Shown here: positions 1 through 11,852 of the stretch, in pieces
How positions within the stretch are numbered: position 1 is the first letter of the stretch
How the letters are laid out: each line of letters starts with the position of its first letter
Source of the DNA: Isurus oxyrinchus
Taxonomy: Eukaryota
NCBI GenBank assembly: GCA_026770705.1
Contig: JANJGN010000003.1
Coordinates: 204,476,001-204,540,000 of the forward strand
Length of the DNA: 64,000 bases
Direction: 5' to 3'
Translations under genes and position numbers: made by a program
The notes under the pieces: generated by a model
What the model saw: only the letters and a program-made list of their open reading frames with translations
Told to the model about the DNA's origin: nothing
The model's database searches: none

Positions 1-120
1 CGTGTTAATTGGCCAGCCAGAGTGAAAACGCGGTCAGGGGCCAATCGAGGCCGGCAGTCCGTTTCCGACCTATCCCAGGCCTGCCGATTGCGCCCGCCCG
101 CCCAGCCAAAAATTCAGGCC
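1..120. mobile_element. Right terminus of a Harbinger-family element, cut by the window edge
   Basis: ttaattggccagccag...aaaattcaggcc matches the right ends of the elements ending at 9242 and 21653. Confidence 0.8.
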
Positions 121-244
121 AATGTTGTTGAAGTCTAGGCATATGCTCATGAAAAAGGATTTGAAATTTTGTTGTGACCAACTGAAGAGGTTGAATAGAG
201 GGGAGCCAATTCACTCTTTCTCACCTGGCTGTCACTTCAGTAGT

Positions 245-435
245 GTAAGGGTGGTGGAAGCAGATTCAATAATAGCTTTCGTAAGGGAATTTCATAAATA
301 CTTGATGGGGAAAAATCTGTGGGGAAAGAGAAAGGGAGTGGAATGTATTTAATGGTTCTTTCAAAGAACTAGCGCAGGCATAATGAGGAGAATGACCTTC
401 TTCAGTATTGTATTATTCCAAGGTTTTATGATTCT
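245..435 (+). mobile_element. CR1 LINE 3' end fragment
   Basis: gtggtggaagcagattcaataatagctttc... resembles the CR1 3' ends at 22170 and 31085; ends in ttatgattctga-like tail. Confidence 0.65.
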
Positions 436-880
436 GACGAGGGACATGCAATAAATGCTGGCATTACCAGTGACATCCTCACCCCAAGAATGGGTTAAAA
501 AAAAAACAGACACATGTCTGAATATTAAATGCTCAGACTGCCCATGGGAGAGTCCATCACTTCTGTATCTGAGAGAATATCAAGGGCAAGCCAGAAGCTT
601 GCAACACTCCTCATGGAAAAGTGTACGCTCATCCTTATTGTTCATTTGAGAAGGGAAACGAGCCATAAAAGGCACAGGTCATTTTCATCATTGAAATCAG
701 CTGACGTGATGATAGATTTTAGCATCAATTATATTGCTGTAATGTATGTTTATACACAAAAGCTAAAACATCGACCAAGCAATTGTGCTTTGCAAAAGTA
801 AACATGTGTCCCTTTTTAGCATTGTCAGAGGAAACTGTAAAGGGGAATAAGGAAATGGTAGGGTAAACAAATATTTTGTG

Positions 881-1637
881 GGAGGTGTTTAATGTGGGTA
901 ATTGCCAGCATCACCTTCTTTTGGGAAGTCCCACCGTATTAAGTGCCCATCAGGCACTTAAGTGGACAGCAATGGGCCTTTCATGGGATCAAGCCCCAAG
1001 GGAGTGCAGGGGTTCCGCCCCCCCCTCCCCCATCCGCCCCATCCCCTGAGAGCTGAAGGCTGATCAGAGGCCAGCAGTAGCCACACATTGCAGGCAGCGC
1101 CAGTGGGAGTTGTGGCTGCCGTTGGCAATGTACAGAGAGAGAAGCCCAGGATCACTGAGCGATCCAGGCCACAGGTGAGTGAGGGTGGTATGGGGGCCAT
1201 GGGGTGAGGGTCATGGGGGAGGGAAGGGGGTCAGCAGCAAGGGTGGACGGGTTGGGGGGGTAGGTGGTGGCTCTCAGCAGGGTCCCCATTTCCTGATGGT
1301 GGGTCTCTTGATCAGTCACTAAGTGCGTTTGAACAAGGAACCCTCTCAAGACCTCGGAACAGGTTTGCCTTTTGGGCTTCCCGCAAGACATGTCTCCTGC
1401 CTGCCACTGGCTGAGTGTCAGCTGTTGTGGGATGAGGCCCGTTTAAGGGCATTAATTGCCCACTTAAGAGCCTGAATTGGCAGTGGGGTGGGAGGGCATC
1501 TGCAAGCCTTCACTCTCTGGACTTAATCAGGGCAGAGGTGAGAGGGCAGCGGAGCACCCACCTGACATCCTCCCATCTGATTAAATGCCCGCACCCATGT
1601 CCAAGTTCACCTGGGGGGAGGGAATTAAATTCCGCTC
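881..1637. mobile_element. Harbinger-derived MITE with the left end eroded, inserted in CR1
   Basis: GC-rich, ttaag/ttaa-rich subterminal motifs; right end aattaaattccgctc; CR1 sequence caaatattttgtg / tgtgtctgcctt continues across it. Confidence 0.55.
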
Positions 1638-2231
1638 TGTGTCTGCCTTTGCATTGTAAGAAACAAAGAAAATATTGGAAATTGTGGAGAATCAAGGATA
1701 TAATGAAAGTGAGGAACTTAAAGTAATTAATATTGGTAAAGAAAATATATGGAAAAATTAGCGGTACTAAAAGCTGACTAACACTTTGAACCCTATGGCC
1801 TAAATCCCTAGACTTTTAAAAGTGGTGGCTGCAGAGATAACGAAGAGATTGACTTTGATCTCCAGAATTCTTTAGATTCTGGAAAGGTGCCTGCCATGGA
1901 TGCGAAGAAAGAAAATGTAATCCTGCTTTTCAAGAAAGGAGTGAGAAAAAAAAATAGGAAACTATAGGTCTGTTCGTCTGACAGCAGTAGTAGGGAAATG
2001 TAGGAATCTATTATTAATGACATAGTAATAGGGCACTTAGAAAATCACAATACGATCGAGGAAAGTAAATATAGTTTTATGAAAGGGAAATCACTTTGTT
2101 ATATCTATTAAAGTTTTTTGAGGATGCAGCCAGCAGCATAGATAAAAGGAAGGTCCAGTGAATGTAGTCAGTCTGGATTCTTCAGAAGGCGGGCGATAAG
2201 ATGCCAAACGAGAGGCTGTTACTGGGATGAG

Positions 2232-2941
2232 GTGCCAGATTTTCTTGTCCCAAATCAGGATGCAATGGAGGCAGGACGGCAAAAAAAATGGCAGTGGTGG
2301 CCTGGGAGTCTTTCAGCCACTCTGCTCCTGACTCTGGGGGAGAGCTGGTGGTGGCAGGGGCGAGGGGGGGTGGGGGGGGGGGGGGGGTGGGTGGTGGTGG
2401 GGGTGCGGTGGTGCAGTTGTTGGTGGGGGTGTGGTGGGTAGGAAAAGAAGTGGCCACCTTATCAATCGGGTGTGTTGAAGTTTTTAGGGAGCTTGTTAAG
2501 AGCTCGCCTTCTGACTTCCTGAGATTTGGACGTCTCTTAGCCTGACCAGCTGCAGCCTGGCAGGAACAGGGGTGGCAGCACTGAGACAGTTTTATTTTAT
2601 AGGCAAAAAGGGAAAGTTTGGACAAAACTGAGTTTGGGCTACTGAGTAGCAATGAAATTATAATAACTGAACTTTCACTACCCTGGGTCCCAGTTCCCCA
2701 TTTACCCTGGACACTTTGAAGGTAAAAATCCTTTCATTCTTTTTAAAGCCTGGATGGCAGCCATAGCAATGGCTACTAATTTGAGCCAGAACATAGCCCA
2801 CTTTGCTGGTCTCCCACCTCTACTTCTGTACCCGCTACTCCCCTGCACACCCCAGCCCCCCACCCGCCCCCCCAAGGAAATAGTTGCCGGCGAGCCAGTC
2901 TCTAGGGTCATTAAGACCCTGACTCCATGAAAATTGTGCTT
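2232..2941. mobile_element. MITE with Harbinger-type termini
   Basis: gtgccagattttc...gaaaattgtgc; G-rich left arm mirrored by C-rich right arm; interrupts CR1. Confidence 0.55.
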
Positions 2942-3102
2942 CACGGTAGGGTGAAGACAGAGGTGGGAACATAGCGTGGGCTCGGTTCCTTCTCCCACTT
3001 CCTGTGTCCAATGGAAATATCCAACCCTTAGGGCTCAAGGAATCAGGGGTAATATATTAACATGAATTGGGGATTGATAAGTGGACAAAAAACAGGTAAT
3101 AA

Positions 3103-3352
3103 TGTAGTGTAATGAGTTATAGAATAGTTATGATAATGAGTGACATAGATCGTGATGTAACAATGGCATCGGCAGTCATGTGCTAAACAGTCGGGATAAA
3201 GGGTGGAACAGTCTGTACTCGTGAGAGACATATCCACACTGTAACCCACCTTATACATGGTACAAATAAACCAGTGTGAAGTAAGTACCAGACTAGGACT
3301 ACAGTCTCTCAAGATTAGATAGGCCATGCATACCAAGAAGACAGTAACCACA
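3103..3352 (+). mobile_element. Probable solo LTR (Gypsy-type)
   Basis: 250 bp, TGTAGTG...ACCACA termini (same start as the sense-strand LTR of the Gypsy at 14148-19363), internal AATAAA at 3265; interrupts CR1; no clean TSD. Confidence 0.55.
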
Positions 3353-4597
3353 CCATTGCTATAAGAAACAAATAGATATAAATGGGTTTTTGGGGTTGTA
3401 ACTATTGGAGTGCTGTAAGGATCAATGCTTGTGCCTCAGTTATTTACGATCTTATGTCAATGACTGAGATGAGGAGAAAATCCTAGTTTACAATAAACAA
3501 AGCTGGGAGAAAAAAAGGCTGTAAGGTAGACATACAGACGCTGCAAAGGGATATAGACCGATTGATTGGGCAAGAAGTTGGCAGGTGGAGTATAATCTGG
3601 GGAAATGTGAAATTATTCATTTCTGTAGGAAAAGCAGAATTTTTTTTAAAAGGCAAGACATTAGTAGATGCTGGGATTCAGACGGAACTGGGTGTCCTTG
3701 CACACAATACAGAGAAAGTTAACATGCAGGTACAGTAAGCAATCAGGAAGGCAAATGACATGTTAGCCTTTATTGCAAGGGGTTTGCAATATTATATTAA
3801 GGAAGTCTTGTTGCAATTGTATGGGGCTTTGGTGAGACCACACCTGGAGCACTCTGTACAGTTTTGGTTCTACCTAAGAAAGAATATACTTGCCTTTGAA
3901 GCAGTGCAATGAAGATCCACTAGATTGATTCCTGGGATGAGAGTGTTGTCCTATGGAGAGCGGTTGAACAGAATGAGCCTATTTCCTCTGAAGTTCAGAA
4001 GAATGGGAGGTGATCCATTTGAAGCTCATTAAATTGTTGGAGGCCTTAACCATGTTGATGTTGAGAGTCTGTTTTCCCTGAGTGGGGAGTTGAGAACGAG
4101 GGATCACAGTCTCAGGATTAGGGGGTCGATCATTTAAGACTGGGATGAGGAGATAGTTCTTCACTCAGAGGGTTGTGAATCTTGGAATTCTCCACCTCAG
4201 AAGGCTCAGTCACTGAGCATATTCACAACTGAGATCGATTGACATTTTGGACACTCAGAGAATCAAGGGATATGGGGATAGGGTGGGAAAGTGGAGTTGA
4301 TGCATAAGTTCAGCCATAATTATGCTGAATGGCAAGCAGGTTCAAGGGAATGAATAGTCAGCTCCTTCTTCTGTTTCTTATGTTCTTATTCAGAAACAGC
4401 TCCTTTAAAGCAATCAGTTACCAGGTACACACAGGAGCAGAGCAGGAGGAAAACTGAAAACCAGGCATAAATCCAAACTGTAAAAACGTCTATATTTTAT
4501 CTTCAAAGATAACAAGGAGATCATAAATGAGGTGGTGATTGCTTTTAAAGCAGAACAATAATCCCATTTCTTTATTTAAAAAAAACCCAAATCATTG

Positions 4598-4667
4598 CAA
4601 GCAAAAGAAAAACAGAAAATGCCGGAAACATTCAACAGGTCGGGCAGCATCTGTGGGGACAGAAATA
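4598..4667. mobile_element. Old Penelope-like element end, left half (continues at 9547-9830)
   Basis: aaaacagaaaatgccggaaacattcaacaggtcgggcagcatctgtgg...; the consensus gaaacagagttaacg (cf. 52595-52620) is split by the insertion at 4668-9546. Confidence 0.7.
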
Positions 4668-4868
4668 GGCCCTGAGTTTTGCTCCGTAACCGGGTGCACA
4701 GAAGCAGCTCAGTGAACATGACCTTTAAAAATGACTGCCTGGACACCAGGTCTTCGGTCTGGGGTGGGTGTGTGGGGGTCTGGGGGTGCTGGATTAGAAG
4801 TCGGGCTGGGTGACCCGGGAAGAACTGAAGAGGATGTTGGGTGCGGAGATGGGCCAGGCAGAATTAAG

Positions 4869-5080
4869 ACAAAAACAGAATTACCTGGAAAAACTCAGCA
4901 GGTCTGGCAGCATCGGCGGAGAAGAAAAGAGTTGATGTTTCGAGTCCTCAACTGAGGACTCGAAACGTCAACTCTTTTCTTCTCCGCCGATGCTGCCAGA
5001 CCTGCTGAGTTTTTCCAGGTAATTCTGTTTTTGTTTTGGATTTCCAGCATCCGCAGTTTTCTTTGTTTTTATATATATTT
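4869..5080. mobile_element. Young fold-back Penelope-end insertion (82-bp-arm hairpin)
   Basis: Arms 4869-4950 and 4953-5034 are reverse complements with 1 mismatch and a 2-nt loop; 13-bp TSD aggcagaattaag at 4856-4868 and 5081-5093. Confidence 0.9.
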
Positions 5081-5655
5081 AGGCAGAATTAAGGCCTGCC
5101 GCGGGGCTCTGGCACTGTGTCCAAAGTATAAAAATAAAGATTAAAATATGTAAATCCCTCAAGCCCCTCACTCTCCTGCACACTCCCTATGCCCCGTCCT
5201 TGCCAACCCATGTATCCCACACACTCCCATAAACTCTCATAGCTTTGATGCCAACCTATGGCCCTCCACTCACCCCCATGGTCCTTTATAGCCTCTATGC
5301 CAGCCTTGTGCCAACTTATGCCAACCCAGGCGCCCCAACTAACACCCTTTGCCCTTACCCCTACCATGCCAACTCACCTAGAGTCCATCATGAGCAGACC
5401 TCAGTTCCCATGCAGAAGTGAGGCAGAATTTTACTCCTCATGGGTGGGTGCATGCATGGACCTGATCGGACGTAAAATAGCGTCAGAAGACATTGGGCAA
5501 ACGTCCCGAGGTCATCCCGCACGCCCGCAAACTTCGGGTTGGTGGGCGCACGGGTTTCGGAGCTGCACCTGCCATCAATTAAAAGGCCACTTAAGGCCAT
5601 TGTAAATCCAAATGATCCCAATTTTATGTTGTCCGTGCCTTCTGTTACCCTGGCG

Positions 5656-6764
5656 ATGGGGGTTGTGGTCTCCGCTGGTGGCACCTCCTCTGAGGAGGAA
5701 GAGAGGGCCAGAAGGAGAGGAGGCCAGGTGTTCCAATGCAGCTTCCAGGGGAGCGACCTGTGGGAGGAGAAGCACAGACACAGGGGGCACAGGGTAGACC
5801 AAGGCGGAAGGGGCCATAGAAGATGCCACTATCCTGCTACCAGGGTTTACAGGTGGCAGCTATCTCAAGATGTCTGAGGTGCAATGCCAAAGGAGGCTCT
5901 GCCTCTCCAGGGAGACTTTGAACTCTGAAGGTTACAGCGGCCCTCAACTTCTATGCCTTCGGCTCTTTCCAGGAGTCAGTGGGTGATCTTTGTGGAGTGT
6001 CCCAATCAGCTGTCCACAGTTACGTCAAGTTGGTGACAGAAGCTCTGTTCAGGTGGGCACTTAGCGAACCAGAGGTTTTGCAGCGATTGCTGGCTTCCCC
6101 CGCATCCAGGGTGCAATAGACTGCACACATGTGGCCATCAAGGCGCCAGTGGGTCAGCCAGGTGCCTTTGTCAACAGAAAGGGCTTCCACTCCATGAACA
6201 TCCAGATAATGTGTGACCAAAGGATGCAGATTCTGCAAGTCTGTGCAAGATACCCTGCAGCTCCCATGACACTTACATCCTCAGGCACTCAAAGATGTCA
6301 AGGCTATTCAGTGCTCCAGCCTGACTGGGTGGATAGTTGCTGGGTGACAAGGGCTATCCGTTGAAAAGGTGGCTTATGACACCTCTCTGCCATCCAAAAA
6401 CAGAGGCAGAGCAGCGTTATAATAGGAGTCTTGCCTCCATAAGGGCAGTGATATAGAGGATGATAGGTCTTCTGAAGATGTGCTTCTGATGCCTGAACTG
6501 TTCAGGGGGAGCACTACAATACTCTTCAGAGTGGGTGTCACTGGTAGTGTTTGCATGCTGTGCTCTCCACAGTCTGGCACTGGCAAGGGGGGACCCACTG
6601 GAGGAAGAGGATCTTGAAGCAGCTCCACAGGCCACAGAGGATGAATCCAGCAGAGTCAGAAGAGGAGCATGGTGAGGAGAAAGCTGAGGGTGGGGAAGCA
6701 GACCTCTGTATCCTTCAGGGAGGCAGGGACGCCAGAGAGGCCTTGATCCAAAGCTCCTATAGCT
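5656..6764 (+). pseudogene. Harbinger DDE transposase (HARBI1-like), frameshifted and internally deleted
   Basis: [47 protein letters not shown]; third catalytic E codon mutated to TAG; deletions versus copy 2 near 5920 and 6060. Confidence 0.92.
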
Positions 6765-7089
6765 AGGCTGCCAAAGATCTGCTTCCACCTCATGCCAGGG
6801 CTGCCGCCTCTTTCCCAGATGTCTGAAATGAATCTTTAACTTGAACCCAAAGCCCACTCATTGCCTGTGCAATAAAGTTTAGAGCCACTCACATCCAGCA
6901 TTACATACTGGCGTACACTGCAGGTGAAGGTGAAGAATACTCAGGCCATTACGACAAAAACAAAATTTATGTCATTTTCACAATCAAAACAAATTAACAT
7001 AACCATCTCTGTTGTTTATTTCTACACCAGTAAACATAAACAAAACATTACAGAACAGAAGATCACTCATGACCAGTCCCTCTTGTGCT

Positions 7090-8967
7090 CATGATGCCTT
7101 AAATTTACATTAACGGATGCTACGTCTTGGTGTCCCCACCTCGCTGGCAGCAGCATTGGAGACAGCCTGCTGACTCTGCTGTCTTGTTGGCCTTGATGAC
7201 CTTGGCGGTCGTCCTCTGGCCAGTAGAACCTGTGCTGGCCCTGCCTGGGAAGCAGCAGCCAGTGTCACGACTGGCATCTCCCCAGTCATCGCAGCCTCAT
7301 CCGATGCCAAGGTCACTGGCAGGGAGGTGAGGAGCTGCTACCATCACCCAGAGCACCCTGAGAGGATCTGGCAGAGACAACAAGCAGCTCATGCGCCAAT
7401 GTGAGGTCGCTCTGGACCTCCCTGCTCTCCATTAATGGATGGGCACCTAGCTGGGATACTGGGTGCCTCATCCATCTCCCACAATGGCGCTGACCACCTG
7501 AGGTCATTGCCTGTGTGAGAGCTTACAGTCTGAACGTAACCTCAGGAACCTCTGATTCTGTCCCTGGAGCTGCCTCTCCATGAGAGTTGCCACTCTCTCA
7601 ATGAAGGAGGCAGTGCGCCCAGCCATGAGAGTCAACGCAGTACTTGCGCTCTGCATGGACTCCTCCACAATGGAGACCATGGTACGCAGACCCTCATGGA
7701 TCTCTGCCAGATCCTCCCACACATCCCACTGGACATCCAGCATCTGCTACCTAATGAATGACTCCAGAGAATCATCATCCGACTTCGACAAGCATCGCCC
7801 TGGTCTCCAGCAGCCTCCAACTGCCAACGCCCTGGGCACTCTCTGCCTCCAGCTGCACCTCAGGTGAGTGTGAAGTGTCCTCACCACTGTGCTCGACATT
7901 CTAGCTGAAGACCTAAAGCCCACCGAGGTGCTGGTATCTGAGCTTGTGCATGGTTCAGAGAGCAGGGGTGTGACACAGATAGAGCTGCAGCCCGGCAGTC
8001 TCCTGGCATTAGGGTGGCTCTCCGGGGAGCTGGGAACGAATACCTGTGGTGAATTTGAGGGAGAACAATGACATGTCATTAATTTAAATCCTCACACTGT
8101 CACTGTGCATGTCAGGCACCCTGGTGAGACAATGGAGATCTGCATCATGGTGCCCTCATCTTTCAATGATCAATGGGGAATCCAGTTTTAGGGCTCCCGT
8201 TAATGAAGTGACCAGACAAGAATGTTTGCACTTTCCAAAACTCTCACCTCAGTGCACTGCACTCTTACCATGGTCTGACACCTCAGCCTCTCCGTGGTCA
8301 GTTGACCGAGGTACGTGGCGCCCTCCAGCTCCGAGGCATCCTGCTCCAATCTTATCAAGATTAGGAGGTTTGGGGTCCTCTGTCTGTCCGTGACCTCTCC
8401 ATGTGTTTATGGCTCACCTTCTCCTGAAAGGATAGAGGAGCGTTGATTATTCCACTCTCTATCTGCAGTGCCATTGCAGCCTGGCCAACCCCACGTGAGG
8501 AACATCTTGCAGGGCAGGTCTGAGTTGTGACCCTCAAGCCGCAAGGCACTCAGTCCAAACGGCCAGGGCTCACCCCCTTGGCCAGCTCCGGCATCATTGC
8601 CAGTTGGCACTCAGACTCTAACACACCTGAGATCCACAGAAGGATGGCCAGCCCTTAACACTTCACCACACCGATCCATGCCAACACGTTACTCACCCTT
8701 TCTGAGTGCAGCAGGTTGTTGAAGCTTTTGCGACACTGCACCCATGTGCGCCACACAACGTCATGGCTGCCAACCTCGGCTGCCACCTGCTCCCAAGCTC
8801 TTTTTGTTAGGTGCAATGGTCTCCTCCTTCAATCTCTGGGGACGAGGGCGTCCCTCCTGGCAGCCACCTCCTCCAATAGCACCACAAGGCTCTTGTCAAA
8901 AAACTGGAGGCCAAGTGTCCATCGACCTGCTTCCTGATCTGGCGTCTCCGGCCGCAGTTGAGGCCAT
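7090..8967 (-). pseudogene. Harbinger Myb/SANT-like DNA-binding protein gene, 3 exons (about 8967-8697, 8423-8269, 8043-7090)
   Basis: TKRAWEQVAAEVGSHDVVWRTWVQCRKSFNNL trihelix/SANT motif; GTGAGT donor at 8696, ctttcag acceptor at 8424; C-terminal helical region and basic tail; frameshifts. Confidence 0.85.
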
Positions 8968-9546
8968 AGCTTCGGCCTTCAGCACGCAGAAGGTATGTTC
9001 TTCCCTGGCAGCTTTCAAAGAGCTGTCTGCGCCGTTTTTAAACCGCTCGCCATGTCACCATTGGACCCGGCGCCTGACATGGCCCTTCCCGACCATTGGG
9101 AAGACGTGTTTTACGCTGGGCTGCCTTAATTGGCTAGCCAGCATAAAATCGCGGCTGTGGGCCAATCGCAGGCGGGGGCCTGTTTCATGGCCAGTCCTGG
9201 GCCCGCCAATCATGCGCGCCCATTAAGGGTAAAATTCAGGCCTAAGTGTACCTCTCCAAAGACTCTTGCTAGCCAAACCAATCCACAAAGCTCGGAGCAG
9301 TTCTTACCTGTTCTAAGCGGCACATGCCGGGTTTCACACTCCTGTCCTGCCAAAATCCCACTTCAATGGAGGCAGCTGATGATTTAAAGGGCCAGTTGCC
9401 TCCATAAGCTACCCATTTGTGAAACACACCCCGCTACCATTCTCGCCCCTGCGAAAGTGGGAGGTGCTGTGTTCATAAGCGTGTCTTACAATTTCCGCCT
9501 TTCTTGCCATGCGGAGAGGGTCTCCGTCATGGTGAAAACCTGGACC

Positions 9547-9830
9547 AGAGTTAACGCTGCAGGTCAATGGCCTTTCATCAGTGCTGGAAGATGTTAGAGG
9601 TTAACAGTTTTTGAGTAAGTGTGGAGCTAGGGAACAAGGCAGGAGAAGAACATAAGGAAAGGTCTGTGATAGAATGGAGGGCAGAAGTGATTGAATGACA
9701 ATTAAGGGATGATGGTGCAAGGCAAAACGGGTCAGTAATGGGGCAAGAAAAAAAACAAAAGATGGGGTCCAGGGGAAGTTCAAATTTTTACAAGAGACTA
9801 GCAGAGGAGATAGGAGCATCATAAATTTGC
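9547..9830. mobile_element. Old Penelope-like element, right half, with a minus-strand hammerhead relic
   Basis: agagttaacg...tttcatcag reads CUGAUGA...CGUUAACUC on the minus strand, followed by a purine-rich tract. Confidence 0.65.
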
Positions 9831-10866
9831 CAAAGAGGGGAAGGGTCCTGTGACTGAGAAAGTTGCAGAGAATGTTTGCAACTGCTGTTTCGATTTAACA
9901 CCCGGCCCTCAGTTCCTGTTAAACCAGCCAAGTGTTTACTTATTTCTTTAGCTGAAAAATATTCAGGTGGTCCAGCACAAAGGACAGTCCCCGGCCTTTT
10001 CCTCCTGCCAATCCTATTCTGCCCAGCACAAATACCAGTGTGTCATTTTGACATTGAAAAACTCACAAAGCCCAGCAACATGTTCAAACAGACCTTATTC
10101 CTCCAGCAAAGCTTATTTCCACCATTGCACACTGTTCTGGAAAAATGAACCATGGCATGCTTAAAAAAAAATCAAAGTTAATGTTGCCTTAGATAGATCT
10201 CCAAGCGTGAAGCAAAACCATTCAAAATCTGAAAATCAGCATTACTGCATCAGGTATCCATTACCACAGGGAATATAGTTTACAGCAGTTGTTTGGCTTG
10301 GAAATTGTAAAAATAAAAATCACACTTTGCTGCCTGTCTTTGGTGTATCATTTATGTATTTTTCCTGCAAAATATGACAGCACTGCTTGCTATGTAGGGA
10401 GAATGTAATTCCCACTGCACACTGTCTGAAAGAAGCAAATCTTTCCAACCATTTCAGGGCTATGAGAAAAGAATTGGGTAGCTATTTCAAAGAGCCGGCA
10501 GAGACAGATAGGGCCAAATGGCCTCCTTCTTGACACCTGAGGTTAATTGCACATCAAGCACAATCAACGTGCGTTCACATGGGAGGGTTTTCATTTATAT
10601 TAAGGTTAGAATAGTACATAGAACTTATAACATGGGTACTGGCCATTCTACCCAGCCTGTCCATGTTGGCATCTAACCTTCGCACAAACAAATTATTCTC
10701 ATCACATTGACACACCCTGTCCCAAATCTTTTTAATTCCTTTTTCTCCATCCACCTATCCAATCTAATCTTGAATGTTAACCTGGTTTTTGCCTCAGCTA
10801 TTAACCCAGGAATTCACTGTTCTGGCCGTGATCGTCACTGGATGTTTGGGATGGGAAATTGTTACA

Positions 10867-11210
10867 AACAAAAAAACTGCGGATGCTGGAAATCCAAAAC
10901 AAAAACAGAATTACCTGGAAAAACTCAGCAGGCCACTAAGTGAAACAGACAATGGGAAATGCACTTTGTATGTGAATAATTTGAAGTGTGACAATCACAG
11001 GCTAGCTGTAAAAATTTTCATTATGTAGATGGTTATTTGAAAGCTCAATTCCTTTACAATTATTTTTTGTTTGAATGGTTTAATACATTACCAAATATCT
11101 AAACCGCAGAGTTCTGTTGAAGGGTCATGAGGACTCAAAACGTCAACTCTTTTCTTCTCCGCCAATGCTGCCAGACCTGCTGAGTTTTTCCAGGTAATTC
11201 TGTTTTGGTT
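10867..11210. mobile_element. Fold-back Penelope-end insertion containing captured inverted genomic DNA
   Basis: 15-bp TSD tgggaaattgttaca at 10852-10866 and 11211-11225; inverted Penelope ends flank 181 bp matching the reverse complement of 11541-11721. Confidence 0.9.
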
Positions 11211-11721
11211 TGGGAAATTGTTACATTTACCAACATGACCAGCTTCACCTTGATGAAAAAAATGATCTGCATCACATGCACCGATTTGAATGGTGTCTTC
11301 CAAGTAGCCGTACACACCAGTGACTGTTTTTTTTCAGTTCTTGTACAGGATTTATCAAAAATAACATCCACAGGGACACATTTAAATAAGAGTCAAAGGC
11401 TTATCATTTAATAAAACTTTCTGCAGCCCTGGTCAACATTTACTGCAATTAGCACTACAAGCTGATATAGTCCTATTTGGAGGCAGCACAAAAAGGATTT
11501 GCAGCAAATTTACATTAAAATGAAGTAAAAGCAATGTTTCCTGCAGTTTAGATATTTGGTAATGTATTAAACCATTCAAATAAAAAATAATTGTAAAGGA
11601 ATTGAGCTTTCAAATAACCATCTACATAATGAAAATTTTTACAGCTAGCCTGTGATTGTCACACTTCAAATTATTCACATACAAAGTGCATTTCCCATTG
11701 TCTGTTTCACTTAGTGGCCTG
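10929..11721. repeat. 181-bp inverted duplication (10929-11109 vs 11541-11721)
   Basis: Near-identical reverse complements; the ORF track shows the same peptide (RPLSETDNGKCTLYVNNLKC...) on both strands. Confidence 0.95.
11108..11150 (+). ncRNA. Minimal type I hammerhead ribozyme-like motif (degenerate)
   Basis: Stem I agagtt/aactct, CUGUUGA, stem II gggtc/gactc, (G>A)AAAC, palindromic ACGU, GUC triplet. Confidence 0.6.
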
Positions 11722-11852
11722 TGAAATATCACATTAATAAAAAAAAGTAACAAAACACTTAAATGAATAATACTGATTTCCTTAAATATTACAGTAGCTA
11801 GGAAAAACACCAGTAAAGAATAAACAAAGATCGCAGAACTACCTAATAATAA

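Larger units (their letters stand above)
830..4390 (+). mobile_element. Decayed CR1 LINE (ORF2 RT to 3' tail), interrupted by two MITEs and a solo LTR
   Basis: Degenerate CR1 RT-region motifs (NVILLFKKG..NYR; LVRPHLEHSVQFW at about 3830-3870; FFTQRVVNL); 3' tail tcttatgttcttat at 4376-4389; many stops. Confidence 0.85.
5421..9242 (+). mobile_element. PIF/Harbinger transposon copy 1 (two-gene, decayed)
   Basis: TIRs aggcagaattttac / gtaaaattcaggcc; convergent transposase and Myb/SANT genes. Confidence 0.92.
4668..9546. mobile_element. Non-autonomous Harbinger-type element hosting two nested insertions
   Basis: Termini ggccctgagtttt / aaaacctggacc, flanks ata/aga; internal ccatgcca-rich tract like the element at 35416. 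Confidence 0.7.

Noticed and set aside
2182-2652. Pro-rich and Gly-rich ORFs
   Set aside because: Translation of G/C homopolymer tracts in a MITE.
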